From contig JYFJ02003527.1 of assembly GCA_000934665.2 (NCBI GenBank), positions 1-40,489 of the forward strand: a stretch of 40,489 nt of DNA. Reading direction: 5' to 3'. The notes under the pieces are model-generated. The model saw nothing but the letters and a program-made list of their open reading frames with translations, searched no databases and was not told the origin of the DNA. Of this stretch, positions 35,499 through 40,489 are shown one piece after another. Source of the stretch: Catajapyx aquilonaris. Lineage: Eukaryota. Within the stretch, counting starts at the first letter, position 1. Every line of letters starts with the position of its first letter. Position numbers and translations under genes: made by a program.

Positions 35499-36962
35499 GG
35501 TGACAACCTTATGACCTCACGACACTATTCGACATTGAGGTATTAGAGAGGAGGCGACGGAGCAATCATTCTACACCCCGCTAGACCATAGATTTTTAAA
35601 CTATTGTTCAAAAGTGTCCGGTTTAAGCTGTCCCAATGGTGCGTCGCTCGTCCGTTATCTTGTGTGTGCAGGAACAGATGGGAACGAGTGATGTCCGCTG
35701 GATGCCATGGGTCATCATGGGACGGGTTGACCTTCAAAGAAGGAAAAAAAGGAACATTTTTTAGAAAAAAATTTACTTTTGTCAGCCCGTTTTTTTAAAA
35801 AAGAGAAGTTATTGTTTTTGATAATAATAACTGATGGGGTTTTTATAAGTGAGAGTGAAGCGCACTCGTTCCCATCTCCTCCTGTTAAGGAATATAAAGA
35901 AATGTGACAAGAGCATTTTAGAGTGATCCATCAAAATCATTTCCTGAAATACTTTTTTTTTACGCAAGTTCACTTTTTCAAACCCCATCACTAAAATGGT
36001 GGTGTGTCGGTGTGTGTCATGCACGTACCGTAAAATTGCAATGGTGTGATGATGTTATTATACAGGCGATGAACAGTTTATTTGTGGGGGAAATGCTACC
36101 AATGGACGGCTCAACAAAAATACTGTACTTCGAATTGTTTTATTGCATGCGATGTAAATGCCGTGTACATTATTTTTCAAAGGTAATCACGTAATTGCGC
36201 GTGTTCAGTGTTACTGTACATTCAGCGAGAGTCGATCAATATTATTCAACTACACATGCCATCTATGAACTACTTATAATGTTATACACACCGATCTACA
36301 CAACAATGGGTTTAATTATGAAGATAGAACAAATATTGTTATCTGCTATGAAAGTTTTGAGTATGAAAATGTTAGGACTTTGTCTACTACAATCGGCCAA
36401 ATTATTTACATACAACTTGAGCAACATCTGAGGAACGAACAGTATAGCAACTCTAACGTATTAGTTGCGCGGTAATAAAATACGATAACGATAGTCATCA
36501 ATGAGTACAAGATTACTGTTTCAAAACATATAACTTTAAAATTATAATGAAGTTATTATTTGAAAATCACCTGACTGATTATAATGCAGTATAGAGTGTA
36601 ACATATTGTCTAGAAACTCTGCATTTTTTTTGCCTTCGTCAAATGCTTTAGGCTGCATCACGCAGGCTTTATTATTGCCACATTCACTATTTGCTTAGTG
36701 TGTGTTCCTGAATGGGCCAGCCACAAATTACGGAATGTGCCAAAAGGTGTCAACTGTGTAGTCACTCCCACGCCCCACGCTGGGCGCCACTATCAAATCC
36801 CTGATTATTATTAATAGTAGTAGTAGCATGCTAGTTAATTTTGACACGGACCATTTTTGAGGTCGATACCTCAACTACATATTTATGAGTTCTGAAATTA
36901 CGTGTATGCATTAAATTGCGATTGGCAGCATTCCGTAATTTACAGATGGTCCGAGGAAGTCA

Positions 36963-36968
36963 TTTATT
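36963..36968 (-). terminator. Candidate polyadenylation signal of the VAChT-like paralog (second candidate 36668-36673)
   Basis: AATAAA on the minus strand ~80 nt after the stop. Confidence 0.4.
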
Positions 36969-37046
36969 TATGAGATTAGAGAAAAATAAATGCTATGGAC
37001 AACAGTCTAAGCGAAACATTCATTCTTGTCCTAACCACCCTCCCAA

Positions 37047-38621
37047 CTAATGCACATAATCGTACGGCACCGGTGCCCTCATAATGTTGGGTTGCTGCAC
37101 ACATGCAAAATATCTGGGCATCGGCGGGTCATCCAGCAACACACTATGATCCGCCAGCATCTGCAAGGGTTGATTCTCATTGGCATCGGCCACATTGGAC
37201 TCCTCCACGTACAAAGACCGCAACGAAATGAGGAACGGAGCGAAGAGAATGGCACACAGCCCGATGACGTACATGAGCGGGGAAAACCCTATCAACTGCA
37301 CCAGTCTCTTGGACGTGATTGGGGCCAACGCGAAACCCACGTTGTAACACATGTTGACCAGGGCGAACACCCGTCCGTAAGCAGACAGATACCGAGAGTC
37401 AACCAACGAGGCCATTGTCGGCAGGAGGATCATGTCGATTAGTGTGACCCCGACGCATATACCGCACATGACCACAGCCAATTTCCAGCAACAGTGCGCT
37501 ACTGGTATCAAGAAGGTGCATACCCCTTCCAGAAGCAGACCAAGTACCAACAGGACCCACTGGTGCTGCGGGTACGAGCTTACCATCTTGTAAGCGGCCA
37601 GTATGGACACAGCCACAGTGGACAGAAATATGGCGGACTGCGTGCCTGCGTTGATTCCCACTAGAGACCGCAAGGTAGGTATGGTGTCGATTGTGTGTGC
37701 CAGGTAGGCAGGGGGTATCCTGGAGATGATAAGGGCACCGGCTGGCAGGATGACCTGCGGGTCCATCAGTAGGAACCAGATGGGGACGCTGACCACTTCG
37801 GTATGCCGGTGAACTAGTCTGGACTTGACAGGTCTGACTATAATGATGCTCAGACCCACTGACAGAAGCAAAGAGGCCTGGAGCAAGAACGGCTCGGTTT
37901 TCCCCACGTGCGAGTACATGTACTCCCCAATCCTAGCGCTGTAGATGATCCCAGCCGAGACAAGCAGCTCGGACAGCCCGTAACCCATGACCCTCTCGTT
38001 TCGACCCCTGATGACATATGCCACCAGCGCAAAGGCAGCAGTCTCCGCAAAAGCCGAGCCTATCCCTTGCAACGCGCGTCCCAGCAAACTCAAGAAGTAA
38101 TTCTCCCCATACGCAAAAGTGACCCCTGACACGAACAAGAACCCAACACCCAAAATCATGGTTAGGTCAGTCCCGTGCTTCTCCACCAGCGATCCGGCTT
38201 TGGGGCAGGTGACGATTTGAAACAAGGACTTGGCAGCGTAGAGGAACCCGAAGCTAAAGTCCCCGTAGCTGTCGTAGTTGAACACGGTCCTCTCTATGAT
38301 GGTGGTAGTGTTGAGCAGAACCCCGTTGTGGTTTCTGGCACCATCCAGCTCCCTCTGGAAGTACGAGGCCAGAGGACCGGTGACGGGCACCAGCTGTATT
38401 CTGGCCGGCACAGTCACCACCCCTCGTTCCATCAGAAACTTGGTGACAATGGTCATGGAGGATCCATTCAGGACGCTGACCAGGAATAGTGTTAGAGGAA
38501 CCACCACGAGGACAAACCGTTTTTGGCAAGTGTCGCTCTGAAGGCAGGAGCAGAGGTAGTCTTTGAGTCTGGTGTTGTTGGAACTGGTTGTTGTGGTGGT
38601 TGTTGTGGTGGTGGTTGACAT
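37047..38621 (-). CDS. Divergent VAChT-like SLC18/MFS transporter paralog, intronless, 524 aa
   Basis: Uninterrupted ORF from GCCATG (38621). Collinear by eye with the neighbouring VAChT: QKRFVLVVV, YAAKSLFQI, RALQGIGSAFAET, PIWFLLMDP, YPQHQW, GICVGVTLIDMILLPTM, LVDSRYLSAYG. Multiple hydrophobic segments. Confidence 0.9.
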   Translation of the reverse strand: MSTTTTTTTTTTSSNNTRLKDYLCSCLQSDTCQKRFVLVVVPLTLFLVSVLNGSSMTIVTKFLMERGVVTVPARIQLVPVTGPLASYFQRELDGARNHNGVLLNTTTIIERTVFNYDSYGDFSFGFLYAAKSLFQIVTCPKAGSLVEKHGTDLTMILGVGFLFVSGVTFAYGENYFLSLLGRALQGIGSAFAETAAFALVAYVIRGRNERVMGYGLSELLVSAGIIYSARIGEYMYSHVGKTEPFLLQASLLLSVGLSIIIVRPVKSRLVHRHTEVVSVPIWFLLMDPQVILPAGALIISRIPPAYLAHTIDTIPTLRSLVGINAGTQSAIFLSTVAVSILAAYKMVSSYPQHQWVLLVLGLLLEGVCTFLIPVAHCCWKLAVVMCGICVGVTLIDMILLPTMASLVDSRYLSAYGRVFALVNMCYNVGFALAPITSKRLVQLIGFSPLMYVIGLCAILFAPFLISLRSLYVEESNVADANENQPLQMLADHSVLLDDPPMPRYFACVQQPNIMRAPVPYDYVH

Positions 38622-39353
38622 GGCCAAACTCTCCCCCTACGTACTTGTTGTGTCTTCTCGGTTTGTCTGGCACGTGGCAGTGGCCGTTGGTGTGATGGAG
38701 GCGCATAGCAGACAACCCCGCCCTCTGTATGCGACGTTGTACTCTACGCAGCAGCGTTCATGGTAGTAGTCTTGAACAGAGAGGAAAACGGAAACCATTT
38801 TCAGTGGGGGATCTTCCTTGTGCAGTCCACATTCAAGAAGCGATTAACCACACCCCAGATTAAACCCAAACGGACGTCATTACCATTATATGCGAATCTG
38901 TCCCGTACACTACGCAAGCCTGCGAATTACAAGTTAGGTAGCTCCGGGGCGCGACCTTCTAGTGCATGTACTGCACTGCGGTTGAGCCGCAAAATTAAAC
39001 AGGGGAATGGGAAACTTCACAAATTAGAAATGAAGTCGTTATTAATGCACAGGTGAAACTGCCGAGGCTCGAAGTGCCGTAGCTTGAAAGATGGACCAAT
39101 ATATTCTAAATAAACTTTTTGAATAAGTTACACACAGCGATATTTCATGCACCCTAAGTGAAAGTCAATTAATTCAGAGAAGTTTCTAGCTGACACACAC
39201 CATGCGGTTGCACAGTCATGTTGTGTGACAATAACTGCGACCATTCACGAAACGGGTGAAAGATATAACTACAGCGTCCCATTGATGTGTCCGTTTCACT
39301 CGGCAATTATTTGCAAGCTAAACTACCTTCCGAAGTCCTAAAATTAACACCCA

Positions 39354-39397
39354 ATGAAACTGTTCCAAAGAAACTAGTTTCTTTGGAACAGTTTCAT
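39354..39397. repeat. 44-bp perfect palindrome without spacer
   Basis: atgaaactgttccaaagaaact|agtttctttggaacagtttcat. Confidence 0.95.
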
Positions 39398-40489
39398 CAA
39401 CATGAAGGGCAAATAAAATAATATCGAAAAACGGACACTCGTCTGGAATACGCTGTTAAAAATGCACGCATAGGAACTATATCCGTTATGTTCATCCCAT
39501 CTATGAGCATATTAACACATTTGCATTAACATTAATATAATCCGGTAATGTTCAACCCTCCTTGTAATATAGCGGTACCTTCTTAAACCAGGTGCATAAA
39601 GAATCTTTAAAAACTGCTGCGAATCATGCAGAAATTTGCATATAATTTGGTTGAACTGAATGTCCCTTTAAAATGTCCAATATCATCACGACTGAGCCCG
39701 GCTGCAATGTGAATCCCACAACAAGACTAATCGCCATCCCCTGTCAAGGTCACACCCCTCACCGACAGCATCAGATAACGAGATGCTTATAAGTGTCAAC
39801 GGAATAACGTTAAGTTGCATCAACAATATTCGAGATGACACAACCCCCCCTTCCCCTCCGTATGGAATTCAGCAGCTGGGAACAAAATGTCTTCTCCTGT
39901 CCCCCTCTCCTATATCTCCCCAAAAGATTAGCCTCCTCTCTCTTCGTTATTGCCATCGCCATTACCTTCCCCGAGAACCTCTATTTTTCTTCTTCTCTCC
40001 TACCCTCCTCCTTTCACGTCCCATGCAATTAGGAAGGACGAAGGGCAGTTGGTTCCCAACTTTGCCCACTCTTTTTCCCCCCCGCTGTTTCTTTCAAGAG
40101 GAACACTTGTACTTTTCCTCAACACACTCCACAGAATTGTGAGAGACATTTTGACAGCGACATGGCGACACTTTTCGTGCAATAGAATTGCGTGGTCAGA
40201 ATTGTACCGAGTTGGTTGAATACCAGAACTTTTTTTTTTTGAGTTGTCGGTTCCAGCTGCCATATGCAATGTGAGACATTTTGTTCACTACCGGTACGTA
40301 AATGAGACAACGTAGCCTGCACGATGAGATGAATTATTAATGCACAGCGTGATGCCTTCACCTCCTTTCAGTATTATGCAGTGAGCTCTATCGGTTATTT
40401 TCTACTCCCGGTTGTATAATGCTATAGATATTGATCTGAGGATGAGCATTATAAATTTCGTTTGGGGGTGACCGAACCAGTACTGTCCC

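Noticed and set aside
38622..38627. TTG start given by the ORF track for the paralog
   Set aside because: Eukaryotic locus; the in-frame GCCATG at 38621 is the natural start.
39763..39820. Possible ChAT first exon MQLNVIPLTLISISLSDAV G|gtgagg (minus, phase 1)
   Set aside because: Phase fits, but there is no similarity to recalled ChAT N-termini and no promoter evidence; likely chance.

Overview
Eukaryotic, intron-containing animal DNA, most likely arthropod judging by recalled similarity to Drosophila proteins. Left to right: (1) the last three coding exons of an Armitage/MOV10L1-like SF1 RNA helicase (+); (2) a complete 8-exon family I inorganic pyrophosphatase (-) with an in-frame N-terminal extension resembling a mitochondrial presequence; (3) a cholinergic gene locus (-) with ten choline acetyltransferase (ChAT) coding exons over 10712-25105 and an intronless VAChT (33606-35498) upstream. 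A second intact, intronless, strongly divergent VAChT/SLC18 paralog (37047-38621) lies in tandem with VAChT and lacks several residues used for ACh binding and proton coupling. The shared first exon/promoter of the locus was not identified and probably lies beyond the right edge. Introns and UTRs hold several MITE/foldback elements, hairpins, a 44-bp perfect palindrome and simple repeats. Exon boundaries were read by hand (GT-AG, phases checked). Family assignments rest on recalled motifs, not database searches.
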